Virus record (IMG/VR): IMGVR_UViG_3300014050_000004
Span: 32,001-96,000 of that record
DNA length: 64,000 nt
Strand: one strand, 5' to 3'
Origin: a virus
Of this stretch, positions 8,543-19,060 are shown in pieces. The position numbers and the translations under genes were made by a program. Numbering within the stretch: position 1 is the stretch's first letter; every line of letters starts with the position of its first letter. The notes beneath the pieces are model-generated. The model made no database searches. It was not told the DNA's origin and saw only the letters and a program-made list of their open reading frames with translations.

Positions 8543-11500
8543 TTATATTTTCACTACCACTATCATCCCGTGGTTGGGGTGCTCATTTATGACAGTACTG
8601 ATAGCTTGCTGCTTGTACAAGTAGTATATGTTGTGAAGTCCAGGGGTAAGGGATCGAGCCCATTGGGACCCTGCTGTTGTGTTAATTAATTGGCACTCTC
8701 CGTAGAAAGCGTCATCCGGAGGAGCCGTTGTCGAATCTATTCCTGGAGCCACATATATTACACACTCGTAGGGAGAAGAAAGAGGATTGTTGTAAATGTC
8801 CAAGAACGCTGTAACCAAGGTGTTATTAGCTTGAACGAAACTCACTCTTGGGGCAACAGGATAGACCGAGCTTGGGGGAGTGGCCCAGCTTAAAGTTGGA
8901 TAGTCCCAAGAGTCTCCGAAGAAGTACACAGCTCTTGCATCGTACAAATTATACAAATTTGCAAGATAGACTTTCGGGAATCCTGAGCTTCCTGATCCAG
9001 AGACAACTCCGCCAAGTGAGATGGTGGAATTGCCAGCTGTGGTTGTGCGGATCACTCCCACCAATCTCTTTCCAGCCTCTCCCGATTTGTGAGGTATGCC
9101 ATCTTTGTACCCTCTTGAGGGTGGCGTTGAATCGTTGACCCAAGGAGAGAAGTCTGCAGCCAGAACAGGAGTCAAAAGAGTTCCGGAGTTGTAAAGATAT
9201 ATGTCGTAGAGGGTGTTGGCAGCGAGAGAGCTGAGAGAGAAAGATGGTATTGTGATAGTATCAAACTTGAGAACGTACCACCTTGGATACAAACCACTGG
9301 GCTCATACAAAGCAATCTCATTTCCATTCCAAGGGTGCACATACAGGGTGCTTCCGCTTTGGTCTGAGGACGGTACAGCTGAAGTAGAACTGAGACTTAA
9401 TCTCAAGTTCACAACATTCTTGACGGAATCTCCCAGAGCTTGAATAAGGGTTGCAGGAGTGACTGCAAGGGTGTTAGAAGTGAATTGCTTCACTTCTTCA
9501 TTCGTGGCAATCTCAATAATGCCAGCTTGAGTTTCTGAGGCCAGAGGGAAGTTCTGTATCTGGCAAGATTCTCCTATGATGAGGTTGTTTTCTACAGTAA
9601 GATTGTCAACAACTAGGTTCGGGTAGTAGGTTGGAATGTCAACTCCGCCAAACGGATTTCCGATGTCTGCAACGCTCGTTACAGAGCCAGTTGCCAGATC
9701 TGTCAAACCAGCAGCACTTACGAAGTACCCTTCTTGGTTGAAGCCGGTTGCATACACCCTTCCGCCCAAGCTGTTGGTGAAGTAGTATGTAAACTGGTTT
9801 TGTACGGAGAGATCTCCTTGGTAGCTTGGGAGAGCCTTCGTGTAATTCAAGAAACCAGCCCACTCCCATGAGTGACCAAACATTCGAATTATGGTCGGTC
9901 TTCTGAACTCTATGGGCCAATTTGATAGCAGGGAAGCAGCTCCATCAGGCACATAGCCTTTCATGTCAACGTTCGATGCTGGGTTCAACTCCCTGTTTGC
10001 CGTCGTTGTTGGAGTCAAAATGTCTTCTGCTTCGGAAAGTGAGAAACCAATTCCGAGCAAGAACTGAAGAACCCCTCTATAATCCGTTGAAGAGGTGTAC
10101 TGGGCTTTAATGAGAGGGTCGCTCACCCAACAAGTGGAAAGATTATAGCCGCAGTTTTGAGTGTACCCGTCTCCATCAGTATCGTTGTCGAAGTATACGG
10201 ATGGAGCAAGGGTAGAGAAGTAGTCGTAAGCGTTGTAATCGCTTGGCATGTGAACGTACGACTGATTCCATTTGTACGTGTCAAACAGAGTGTCGGAGTT
10301 CTGAATCAAGCAAGTGTAGTGCTTATTCTGATATCTAACCGTATCTCCAGGTCTGTAGAACTTGCCTGCACCCCAAAGATTCGTAGCGTTTGATCTTTGA
10401 ACAGTTATCTGTACCTTTTTCACCACCGGGTCATTTCCGATGGGGATCGGACCGGACTTGTTCACAAGCACCATGTCTTCTTCCGGAAGAAGGCTGTCAA
10501 TGCCTCCTTCTGGACCAACAACTGTCTGAATTACATAGTCTCTGAGGGGAGTCCTTACGTTGTTGTCAGTATTTGTGACTATGAGTGAGTACCTTCTTTG
10601 GTCAACGGATCTGTTGTCAACCAGGCGTCGAATGTAGACCCTATTCCCCGCCAAATCCGGATTAATTCCGGATCCTGGTGTTTCTCCTGAGTCGCTTTCT
10701 AGGGGTACGGTGATTTCAATCTCATCTGGCTGAGAAGAATTCCAGGCGGAGGCTGTGAGAGGAGATCTCCAGTCTGGCCCGACAGGGTTTTCTACCCACA
10801 AGTAGCTTCCAGCCCGGAGAGAGTAATTCTTGGAGTTGAGTATCTCAGGGTTCCCTGGAGAAGAAGGAGAGTCAAGGAGAGGTTCAGTTAGGACAAGAGT
10901 GGTTGCATTGTTCGCTACACCGGAGTCAATCGTTCCAATGTAGATGGACACTACGTTGAGAGTTTGATCCGTCAAGTTTGTAGCAATGCTTATCGACCCA
11001 ACATTCCAGTTTGTGTCTTGTGGGAAGGCTTCTGATCTATATCCCTCTGCCAAAGCTGCACAGCCACCGAAAGAGCTGTTTGAGTTGGTTATAGAGATCT
11101 CTCCGCCACTCTTCGCCCAATGGTGAATGCCCTGACCGATCGCAAAAACTGAAACTTCCTGAATGAATGCCCCATTTGAGGCTTTTATGTGGAAGCTCTT
11201 TTTCAGAGGGTCCATCCTGACATTGTTTGGATCCAAAGAGATGTAAGTGGAGTAGTTTGTGATTGTGTTGGTCCATGTTTTTGGACCGGTATTATACCTC
11301 TGCCAGCAAGTCAGGTCTTTTTGGATGCTTACCCCAGTGAACTGGGCTGTTACAATAGACCTGAATCCGGTGACATTTGAACCGTTGGCATCTATGCCGC
11401 ACAATCCGTAAGAGGACCTGACAGAGCAGTTGAAGATATAAGGAGATGATCCGAATACTCCGTCTGTGTCCTCTTCAGGGGAACCCTGAGGGGCAGGGGC

Positions 11501-12634
11501 AACAATCTCAGTTTCTCCAGGAGCAACAATCTGATTTGGGGCGTCTTGGTCGAATACCGTTTGTACCTTGTTGTAGTAAGAGGTCAGATCTGAGTCTGAG
11601 ACAAAAGAGAAACACTCCAATAGGTGGTGGCTTTGGTTGTGTCCCAGTTTGTCCTTAAAAGTGAAATTGAAGAAAAACGCTCCTCCAGTAACTCTAAGGA
11701 TAGAAGCTCTGTCATCTTCAATGTCTCCTGTTCGATCTGGAACAAAGGTTGGACGTATGACCGTCTTCCTCAGGTCTTCCCCAATTACCGAAACTCCTCG
11801 TGGAAGGATTATGCCGCCAAAGCTCGAGCTGTTCATGGCTCTCAGGGCTTCCGCGGAAGGTGTTGTTCCATTTACCCAAGGGAGCACAGAGTTGCTTCCA
11901 AGAGCATTATCAATGATGTGTTCCCCTGTGGAGCACTTGATAACGAATCTGTCGAAGAGTTGAGAATCGCTGCCAAGAGCGATTTGAATCCTGGCAACTT
12001 CAAGAGCTGCTCTGGCAATAGTCTTAAAGGGTCTCTGGGGTGTGTAACCAGCAACTGTCATCTGGTTTGTGATTACCGGTGTCACTTCAGAGTTGTACAC
12101 CCCTGTTACATACTCGTCAGATCCAATCTCAGGGTTCACATACAATGTGTAGGACCCTGTTAGCAACTCGCTACTTAGGTCTACTGGGCCGTAGCTAACC
12201 TGAGCCCACTCATCGTTTATACTGATGAAAAGGGTGTTATTTTCGGAGTTCCAGTACAAACTGCCCTCGGCAGCCTCATTATTGCCTGTCCCAATTACCG
12301 GTTCAGTGGCAGATTGAGGAACAATGGGCTTCAAGCTCATGGAAGTGGAGCCTTCAATAGAAAGCCCAAATCCTTTCTTAACCCAGAGCAGAGAGTTTGA
12401 GGTTCCGTTGAAAAGGAAAGCATCCGACTCTGGAGCATTTGGCCATGTGTAGGAGTTGAAAGCTCCTTGGTTATTTGTTTTGACCACCCCTGAGGCTGTC
12501 GTCGGATTGAAGGATATCGTACCGTCTGAAGCTATGGATACTCCCGGACCTTGCTTAACACCCTGGGGTTGTCCTGGGAGAACAGGACCTTGTCCGTTGT
12601 CTCCCATTAGCAATTGAGCTCTAGTTAGTCCCAC
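8543..12634 (-). CDS. Large tail fibre / receptor-binding protein (beta-helix-like core)
   Basis: 1363 aa, Ser/Thr/Gly/Asn-rich. Contains YVNPEIGSD, RPFKTIARAALEV and GGIILPRGVSVIGEDLRKTVIRP; paralogous to 12669..17477. Confidence 0.7.
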   Translation of the reverse strand: MGLTRAQLLMGDNGQGPVLPGQPQGVKQGPGVSIASDGTISFNPTTASGVVKTNNQGAFNSYTWPNAPESDAFLFNGTSNSLLWVKKGFGLSIEGSTSMSLKPIVPQSATEPVIGTGNNEAAEGSLYWNSENNTLFISINDEWAQVSYGPVDLSSELLTGSYTLYVNPEIGSDEYVTGVYNSEVTPVITNQMTVAGYTPQRPFKTIARAALEVARIQIALGSDSQLFDRFVIKCSTGEHIIDNALGSNSVLPWVNGTTPSAEALRAMNSSSFGGIILPRGVSVIGEDLRKTVIRPTFVPDRTGDIEDDRASILRVTGGAFFFNFTFKDKLGHNQSHHLLECFSFVSDSDLTSYYNKVQTVFDQDAPNQIVAPGETEIVAPAPQGSPEEDTDGVFGSSPYIFNCSVRSSYGLCGIDANGSNVTGFRSIVTAQFTGVSIQKDLTCWQRYNTGPKTWTNTITNYSTYISLDPNNVRMDPLKKSFHIKASNGAFIQEVSVFAIGQGIHHWAKSGGEISITNSNSSFGGCAALAEGYRSEAFPQDTNWNVGSISIATNLTDQTLNVVSIYIGTIDSGVANNATTLVLTEPLLDSPSSPGNPEILNSKNYSLRAGSYLWVENPVGPDWRSPLTASAWNSSQPDEIEITVPLESDSGETPGSGINPDLAGNRVYIRRLVDNRSVDQRRYSLIVTNTDNNVRTPLRDYVIQTVVGPEGGIDSLLPEEDMVLVNKSGPIPIGNDPVVKKVQITVQRSNATNLWGAGKFYRPGDTVRYQNKHYTCLIQNSDTLFDTYKWNQSYVHMPSDYNAYDYFSTLAPSVYFDNDTDGDGYTQNCGYNLSTCWVSDPLIKAQYTSSTDYRGVLQFLLGIGFSLSEAEDILTPTTTANRELNPASNVDMKGYVPDGAASLLSNWPIEFRRPTIIRMFGHSWEWAGFLNYTKALPSYQGDLSVQNQFTYYFTNSLGGRVYATGFNQEGYFVSAAGLTDLATGSVTSVADIGNPFGGVDIPTYYPNLVVDNLTVENNLIIGESCQIQNFPLASETQAGIIEIATNEEVKQFTSNTLAVTPATLIQALGDSVKNVVNLRLSLSSTSAVPSSDQSGSTLYVHPWNGNEIALYEPSGLYPRWYVLKFDTITIPSFSLSSLAANTLYDIYLYNSGTLLTPVLAADFSPWVNDSTPPSRGYKDGIPHKSGEAGKRLVGVIRTTTAGNSTISLGGVVSGSGSSGFPKVYLANLYNLYDARAVYFFGDSWDYPTLSWATPPSSVYPVAPRVSFVQANNTLVTAFLDIYNNPLSSPYECVIYVAPGIDSTTAPPDDAFYGECQLINTTAGSQWARSLTPGLHNIYYLYKQQAISTVINEHPNHGMIVVVKI

Positions 12635-12660
12635 TGATGAACATAAAGATTGTAATGATT

Positions 12661-12667
12661 TTTACCC
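12661..12667 (-). promoter_or_regulatory. GGGTAAA candidate late-promoter element
   Basis: Intergenic, 27 nt upstream of start 12634. Confidence 0.65.
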
Positions 12668-12668
12668 C

Positions 12669-15600
12669 TCAGTTACTCAGGAGTCCCGCTTCATTTGCCA
12701 GGGATAGAACTATCCCAGGACCCCAACTCAAGAAGTTGGGCCCGTATATGCTCGGATTGCCACAGGAGATAAACTCGGAGTTGCCAATTACCCGCAAGTT
12801 TACAGTGGTTCCAGCAAGCGGGGGATCTCCGGAACCAATGAAGGTGATGACCGAATTCGATATCTGATAAGAGACACCAGGGATTTGTATCACGCCTCCA
12901 AGGCTTAAAATGAGATTGTCTTCTGTGACAGAGGAAGGATTGACAGGTTGTCCGTTGTATGTGAGCGGGAAGGAGACACTTGCACCATCAAACACAAGAG
13001 TGTCAAGAGAGTAGACCTTGACCGGGTAGATGGATCTCAGAGACCAGTAAGAACCGGAAGCAAAGACTCGTATGTCAGAGCTTGTATTTGCTGGGGGAGC
13101 CCCTGTAAAGTTAAAGATTATTGTCTCTGGAGACGGTCTTTCAATTGAATAGGAGAATGGAGACAGGGGACTGGTCGTTGACAAGGGAACTTGCATAACC
13201 CCTCCGAGGAACACGAATGTGTTGGAGGGTGTTATTTCGGTTGCAAGCAATCCTGTTATGTCTGATGGGGCAATAGCAGACAAATCCACCGTAAAGGAGG
13301 ATCGGGAACCGTCAAATGGTTCAATGAATTTGAGAGTGAAGACTTTCAAAGTTTTCGAAGAATCAGCACTCGTGATAACCCTTACATTTGCAACCAGATC
13401 TTCCAGTGGAGAAGCAGAGAATTGTATTGAGTTGTTGACGATTACGTAATCTTCCAAAGGTACCTGAGCTACGCCCCCCACTGTGACAATCACTGATTCG
13501 GAAGACAACTGATCTTGAGGGATCGGTAGGCCAGACCTGCGAAGTTCGAATGACAAAGATGTTCCATTGAACTGGGTCGAAATATCGTCTGCGGAGAACA
13601 CGGATACCTGGGAAGGGAATTCCACGTATTCTTGCTCTTCATACAACTGCTGATTGCCCTGATTAACAGTTGGAGAGGTTGGCTCAAAGTAAGTTGCAGT
13701 GAGAGCTTGTCTCTGAGGGCCGAATTGCACAATTTCTCCCTTGTCGTTGATTCCGGTAACAGTTAACTTGCCGCTCCACAAAGTGTACGCTTGGAAGTCA
13801 GCAGCCAACTTTCGAGTGATGTCGGTGGACTGGAATCTTGGTAAGCCTCTGGAGTAGTTGTAGTAACCCGAGAAGGTCCAAGTGTGGGTGTTTGCAATGA
13901 TTGAGGAAGGTTGGTTGAATTCCAACGGCCATTTACCAGTCGAAATTGCATATCCATTGACGGGTAGTATAGAATTCAAGCTTTCTATGGACAACAACCT
14001 TTCTCCCCAATACTTTGGCTTGAGGTAAGGCAGCATAACATCATTGGCATATCCCATGATCTCAAAGAACCTGAGAACGGATCTCTTGGTGTTTGTCCAA
14101 GCTGGGTCGTAAAGATTTGCCTCTGGTAGAGAGTTTGTGGAACACACAATCACTTGGGTTTGCATGGGCCATGTGTAGCTCGTCCCGTTTTCCGGGATTG
14201 AGGAGGTGTAGGAGCTATTGTCAGGGGTTAAGCGGATGCCTCTAACTATTGAACCGTTTAACCCAATTACACGTATGTACTCATAAGACGCTCCAGACCT
14301 CAAAGCCAGGACGGATACTTTTTGTCTTGGGTTTGGAATACTTGTTGGAGACAATACTGAGAACTCAATGACTGCAGGCCTGTACCTTCTTGGCCCGCCT
14401 GTTTCAGTGGATAGTAAAGCCAGTTGCTCAGATTGAATTAGAGTGGTTGGGGTTACAGTGTATGTGGTCGGCCCATCTTCTGTAGAGGACAGACATATCC
14501 CGAGACTCGCCGAACTGTCATCTCCATCAAAGCAATCCTGAGTCGAGTAGGCAGGGTAGGGAGATGTGGCTCCTCTGAAATATACTTCTGAGGGGTACAG
14601 GGAAGCGTAAGGGTCTGGGCCATAAGTCCCCTGGAAAGCTCCAGAGACTATGTCTTGTCTTTCGGTGACACTTGAGTCAACGAAAGGGGAGTAGGGCTGA
14701 TACGGTGCAAGAGAATAAGGACCAAATTCTCCGTTGAAGGTAGGAGTTTCTCCGTAGTATACGGAGCTCCACATATTGTTCTCCGCAACGTACCAGTTTC
14801 TTTCTTTGTGGGTGACGTATGTTCCAACCGGGTTTTTGAAGTTTGTCCCTTGGACCCAAGGCCTGCTGTAATCGGAGACTGTGACTGCCACGTAGTAACT
14901 CAGATCCTGGTTGGTATCTGCGAGAACGTAATTGAATTGGGGAGAAGAGGCTAAGCTTCCGGTCCCTACCGCGTCCACGGTGAAGACCCTTCCCCACCCT
15001 CCTGAAATACCAGGGTCAAACTGAACATTTGGTCTGATTAGATTGGATCCCAGTTGCTGACTCGTCTGGTTCAATCTCAAAACAAAGCCAACTTGAGGGG
15101 CAATGGAGTTGGGATTCGTGTTGCTCAGGTACAAAGTGTAGGCCCTGTCAAACTCTGGCCTCGGGTCTTTGAACCTTCTGATGTAAGGCACACCGAGCAA
15201 TGGCAAAAGTGTCGGGTCATTTGGAATTGTGCTATCCGAAGCCCTGAGCCTGAGGCTTGCGAACCTGAGAGGGTCATCTAAACCTGTGACTACCGTGGGG
15301 CCTCCGTCCGTTGCGAAGAATCCTCTGTAAGTGCATTGTTCTGTTTCAACCCATAGAGCACTCCCGGGAGCGAGGGAATAAGGCAACAAGAACCCAGGAG
15401 AGAAGTCGGCACTCAGCTCAATGATTTGGACTTCAGGGTCTTCCGGGTCAAGGTATATGTTGAGGATCTTGGATCCGAGAGACAACACCTTTTTATTTTC
15501 TGGGTTCTCAGCCTGAGATTTGGTCAAAGCAAGAGGTCTCTGTACCCCTTCAAGAACGAAACCTTTGCAATTTTCATTGGCCCCTCCAGTGCTGTTTATG

Positions 15601-17477
15601 CCTTGGAATCCCTCTGATTTGAAGGACATGGAACCGAAGTTAGAAGTGCTGTTTGTCAGGTTACACAACCCCCCGTTCAAAGCCCACACCCCGATAGCGG
15701 TACCGATTGTATACACGGATTGCAATTGAGCATAGGCTCCATTTCTCACTCTGAACCCGAAGTGTCTGAAGTCCTCGTCGATGTCTACGATACCTATGTT
15801 CCTCTCTTCACCAGTTACAGTTTCGGACAGGTTTTTGTAGTAGTACCGTATGTTGTTAATTGGGGTGGAGTTGAGAAGAGACAACTGGCTCTCTGTCGAC
15901 ACATCAAACAAGCTCTCTGGTCTGTCTGTAGCTGGCAAAGAGAGGTATTGCGCTTGTGTAAGATTCCACCACTTCTGCTCAGACACGCCGTTCTCATTCA
16001 CTAAAGTAGTATATATCTCGTACACAGAAGGGTCATTTTGCAGTGAAACTGCTGTGCACCCGTAAGCTGTTATAGACTTGAACCCTTCAACAACGTCCCC
16101 GTCAAAGTCTCCCCACACCATTCCATAGTCGGACCTTAGGGTGATGTCTTTCGCGTAAAAGGAAGAGTTCTTTGTTGTATTGGCATCTAAATTGCTTGGA
16201 TATGGACTTGAGGTAGCACCAACGATCTCGTAGTCCCCTCTGCCAACCAAAGAAATACCATCAACGACTCTGCCACCGAAAAACTTAGAAAAAGCCCTCT
16301 GTACTTTGGTGTAAAAGATTCCAATTTCTTCCTTGCTTGCGTTGGTTACGGCTCTCAATCTGTGAGCAGATTTCAAGTCAAGCTTGAAGGTCATCTTCGA
16401 GTTGATGCTGTCTGGTAAAGTTGGCATCTCGGAGAAAGAAACGTATTCTCCGCTGGTTTCTGTTCCCTGCAAGCTTGAAGACAAGTATGTCTTGAATGGG
16501 GAAATTGGTATCGCGTAATAATACCCTGAGACAAAAGTTCCGGTGGATTGGTCTACTTCCGCATTAAGATCCACCCTCACAAGGTCGTTGAACTTGAGGC
16601 TGTGTGGCCTTCTGGTTTCAAACACAGACAAAGAGTTTGAGTCGGAAACACTCACAACCTCAGAAAAAGCCCTCTTGTCCGAAAATGTAAAGGTGTTAAT
16701 ATAGCTGTTACCAGACCCTTTCAGAATCGAGGAGATCCCTTCATTGCTGGATGTGTTGAGGGGGCTGTCTACCGGGTGTCTGTAAGAAGGTACATAGCTC
16801 GGAGACAAGATGCACTTTTTCAGGTCCATTCCGGCTATTGTGATTCCCGTTGGAAGAATCAGCCCTCCGCTCTCAGAGTTGAACTTTACGAGATCTGTGA
16901 TTGTAACTTCCTGGTCTCCTGAGGAAAAGTCAACTGTGAAGTTGTCTATAGATTCTCCCCTCTCATTGTTCACTGCAATCAAAGAGGGAGCCAAGAATAT
17001 CGTATATCTGTTGTTCTCTACGGTTTTGTCAAAACCAGCAAGCACGTTATTGATGTACTTCTTTGACACTTCTAGAATTGCCCTGTTGAGTGTCTGGAAA
17101 GGCAGGGTCTGTCCGTTGTTGTCTAACCTATCTGTTGAATAGCTGAACTCAGGAGCAACAAAAACGCAATTTTCCGTACCCCCAAGGAAAGGGGAAGCTA
17201 CAGCTCGCCAAACTTTCTTCGCTTCCTCAATCGAACCGACATTCAGATTGCCCTTTGACAAGTCATACCAAGTCTCTCCACGAGAGGGGGATTCTAACGG
17301 TTTGGCGTAAGATATAGAAGTGGGTCCAACCTTGACCACCTCACCATTTGAGGTTTCAAAGAAAAGTCCGGGATCCTCATAATTAGTATTGAGAGCTAGT
17401 TCCCCGGGATCGATGTTTTCGTTTGTCGGTCTTTTGCCAAGGATACTAGACTTTTTGAGGATTATTTTGTCTGCCAT
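12669..17477 (-). CDS. Large tail fibre / receptor-binding protein (paralog of 8543..12634)
   Basis: 1602 aa. Shared core LPFQTLNRAILEV, GGLILPTGITIAGMDLKKCILSP. Three C-terminal repeats of the type D....FDG...SF.L...(S)LGGV.Q.P..DY.I seen in cyanophage structural proteins. Confidence 0.7.
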   Translation of the reverse strand: MADKIILKKSSILGKRPTNENIDPGELALNTNYEDPGLFFETSNGEVVKVGPTSISYAKPLESPSRGETWYDLSKGNLNVGSIEEAKKVWRAVASPFLGGTENCVFVAPEFSYSTDRLDNNGQTLPFQTLNRAILEVSKKYINNVLAGFDKTVENNRYTIFLAPSLIAVNNERGESIDNFTVDFSSGDQEVTITDLVKFNSESGGLILPTGITIAGMDLKKCILSPSYVPSYRHPVDSPLNTSSNEGISSILKGSGNSYINTFTFSDKRAFSEVVSVSDSNSLSVFETRRPHSLKFNDLVRVDLNAEVDQSTGTFVSGYYYAIPISPFKTYLSSSLQGTETSGEYVSFSEMPTLPDSINSKMTFKLDLKSAHRLRAVTNASKEEIGIFYTKVQRAFSKFFGGRVVDGISLVGRGDYEIVGATSSPYPSNLDANTTKNSSFYAKDITLRSDYGMVWGDFDGDVVEGFKSITAYGCTAVSLQNDPSVYEIYTTLVNENGVSEQKWWNLTQAQYLSLPATDRPESLFDVSTESQLSLLNSTPINNIRYYYKNLSETVTGEERNIGIVDIDEDFRHFGFRVRNGAYAQLQSVYTIGTAIGVWALNGGLCNLTNSTSNFGSMSFKSEGFQGINSTGGANENCKGFVLEGVQRPLALTKSQAENPENKKVLSLGSKILNIYLDPEDPEVQIIELSADFSPGFLLPYSLAPGSALWVETEQCTYRGFFATDGGPTVVTGLDDPLRFASLRLRASDSTIPNDPTLLPLLGVPYIRRFKDPRPEFDRAYTLYLSNTNPNSIAPQVGFVLRLNQTSQQLGSNLIRPNVQFDPGISGGWGRVFTVDAVGTGSLASSPQFNYVLADTNQDLSYYVAVTVSDYSRPWVQGTNFKNPVGTYVTHKERNWYVAENNMWSSVYYGETPTFNGEFGPYSLAPYQPYSPFVDSSVTERQDIVSGAFQGTYGPDPYASLYPSEVYFRGATSPYPAYSTQDCFDGDDSSASLGICLSSTEDGPTTYTVTPTTLIQSEQLALLSTETGGPRRYRPAVIEFSVLSPTSIPNPRQKVSVLALRSGASYEYIRVIGLNGSIVRGIRLTPDNSSYTSSIPENGTSYTWPMQTQVIVCSTNSLPEANLYDPAWTNTKRSVLRFFEIMGYANDVMLPYLKPKYWGERLLSIESLNSILPVNGYAISTGKWPLEFNQPSSIIANTHTWTFSGYYNYSRGLPRFQSTDITRKLAADFQAYTLWSGKLTVTGINDKGEIVQFGPQRQALTATYFEPTSPTVNQGNQQLYEEQEYVEFPSQVSVFSADDISTQFNGTSLSFELRRSGLPIPQDQLSSESVIVTVGGVAQVPLEDYVIVNNSIQFSASPLEDLVANVRVITSADSSKTLKVFTLKFIEPFDGSRSSFTVDLSAIAPSDITGLLATEITPSNTFVFLGGVMQVPLSTTSPLSPFSYSIERPSPETIIFNFTGAPPANTSSDIRVFASGSYWSLRSIYPVKVYSLDTLVFDGASVSFPLTYNGQPVNPSSVTEDNLILSLGGVIQIPGVSYQISNSVITFIGSGDPPLAGTTVNLRVIGNSEFISCGNPSIYGPNFLSWGPGIVLSLANEAGLLSN

Positions 17478-17535
17478 TTTTTGTCTGCTAAAGAGCTTTA
17501 CATGAGCACAAGGGTGCCCATATTACTTACCCTTT

Positions 17536-17700
17536 TCAGAGATACCTGCTGGCTTCCAAGGTTTCTTCGCTCACTTTGCCTTCCCTTGCTAATTTGTCTG
17601 CTGTATTGAAGGCTAGTGAAGCTTGCTCTTGTTTGTCCGGATCCCTACGAAGTCTCTTGTAGAGATCAATTAGCTCAATGTACTGTTTGTCAGATTCCAT
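17536..17700 (-). CDS. Small helical protein (54 aa), paralog of 19918..20109
   Basis: Below the ORF-track cutoff. MESDKQYIELIDLYKRLRRDPDKQEQASLAFNTADKLAREGKVSEETLEASRYL; overlaps the kinase stop by 11 nt. Confidence 0.7.
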   Translation of the reverse strand: MESDKQYIELIDLYKRLRRDPDKQEQASLAFNTADKLAREGKVSEETLEASRYL

Positions 17701-19051
17701 CGTATAGTGTGTTTATGATTTCCATTGCTTTTTGGTTGGTTAGTTTACCCCAAGCTCCCTTATTATAGAAGCTTTCGGCATTCCGTATACCAGAAGACAT
17801 CACATCTGCTATCTCATTGTCAGACATGCCCATCTCCTTCATGGTCTTTTTGACCCTGTTCAGGTTTGAGTACATCTTTCTTAGATTCGCAGGTTGATCC
17901 TGATCTGGGTAAGAGAGTCCACTCAACGGGAGATTAGCTGCTTGCACGTCTTTGTTCAAGCCGCCAGTAACAACAGAGCCTCTGGGAAGCACCGATGTTT
18001 TGACAATTGCTGACAGAGCCTCTGACAAGGCAGCTCTAGGGTTGTCCTGAGCCAACCCGAAATCCACAAGCTTGCTGGTTCCTTTCAATGGGTCAACTAT
18101 GACATTTCTGCCATGCAAATCGTTGTGAGCTATGCCCATCCTGTGAAGACGCGCTCGAGTTTCCCAGTATATGTCACCTGTTGTCTTTCCGGTGCGTTCT
18201 TTGAGGCCATTTGGAAGTAAGGGAGAGGAAATTTCGAAACCTTTGACCTTCTCCATTGCCACTCTGCCATAGAATGTGTCAATAGAGGCGAAAGTTTCAA
18301 TCCTTCTTTTTGAATCAAGCTCCCCGCAGATGAGACGTGGCCCTATTCCGTTTTCTCCTGCTTTCTTCAAAATGTCTATCTCTTTCTTGCCAAGTTCTCC
18401 TCTCTTGACCACTACATCCCCGTCAAATAGGACACTTCCGAAACCGCCGCTCTTGCCGTTCTTCCCCCTACGCGAATTATTCTCCCAGTCGTAGTCGTCC
18501 TGAACCCCTTTGACAAACTTATCAGGGAAGAAGCTCTCGTCGAAATTCCTAGCTTTTCTCTTTGTCTCTCTCGTTAGAACTCCATCAGGTTTTTGAGTCT
18601 TTTTGAGACCCAAAGCCTCATCAAGAGAGTCCAACTCCCTCTGCAAAACCTTCTCCCTTTCCTGAGCTTTGGCTGTCCCCAACTTGGCATTTTTAGCTTT
18701 TTCTTTTCGAACCTCTTCCTTCCTTTGTTTGGCCCTTTCTATGAGACCTTCCACGTCGTTGCCTATTTCTTTCCGCTCAGAGTCCCCGAGGCGCAATGCC
18801 TTTGCTAGCCCCTGAACCTGAAGCTTCCTGGAGGGAGTGTTGATTGGGTCCTCTCCCTTGAGCATTCTTGACACATCATCTAAGACATCATCATTGGTGC
18901 TCTTCGCTGTCGGAAGAGACACATTGAAAAGACCATTGATGACACTCCTCAAAGACCGAGAGACAGGTCTTGGCAAAGAGGACCTACACGTTGAATTTCT
19001 TGCTATGCATGTTGAACCGCACACCTTACCTTTTATGCACCTTCTCTTCAT
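17690..19051 (-). CDS. Protein-kinase-fold protein with N-terminal 4-Cys module
   Basis: Gly loop GKSGGFGSV, VVVKRG lysine, catalytic loop HNDLHGRNVIV and DFG motif LVDFGLA. N-terminus CIKGKVCGSTCIARNSTC. Confidence 0.85.
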   Translation of the reverse strand: MKRRCIKGKVCGSTCIARNSTCRSSLPRPVSRSLRSVINGLFNVSLPTAKSTNDDVLDDVSRMLKGEDPINTPSRKLQVQGLAKALRLGDSERKEIGNDVEGLIERAKQRKEEVRKEKAKNAKLGTAKAQEREKVLQRELDSLDEALGLKKTQKPDGVLTRETKRKARNFDESFFPDKFVKGVQDDYDWENNSRRGKNGKSGGFGSVLFDGDVVVKRGELGKKEIDILKKAGENGIGPRLICGELDSKRRIETFASIDTFYGRVAMEKVKGFEISSPLLPNGLKERTGKTTGDIYWETRARLHRMGIAHNDLHGRNVIVDPLKGTSKLVDFGLAQDNPRAALSEALSAIVKTSVLPRGSVVTGGLNKDVQAANLPLSGLSYPDQDQPANLRKMYSNLNRVKKTMKEMGMSDNEIADVMSSGIRNAESFYNKGAWGKLTNQKAMEIINTLYDGI

Positions 19052-19060
19052 TCCAGCTCC

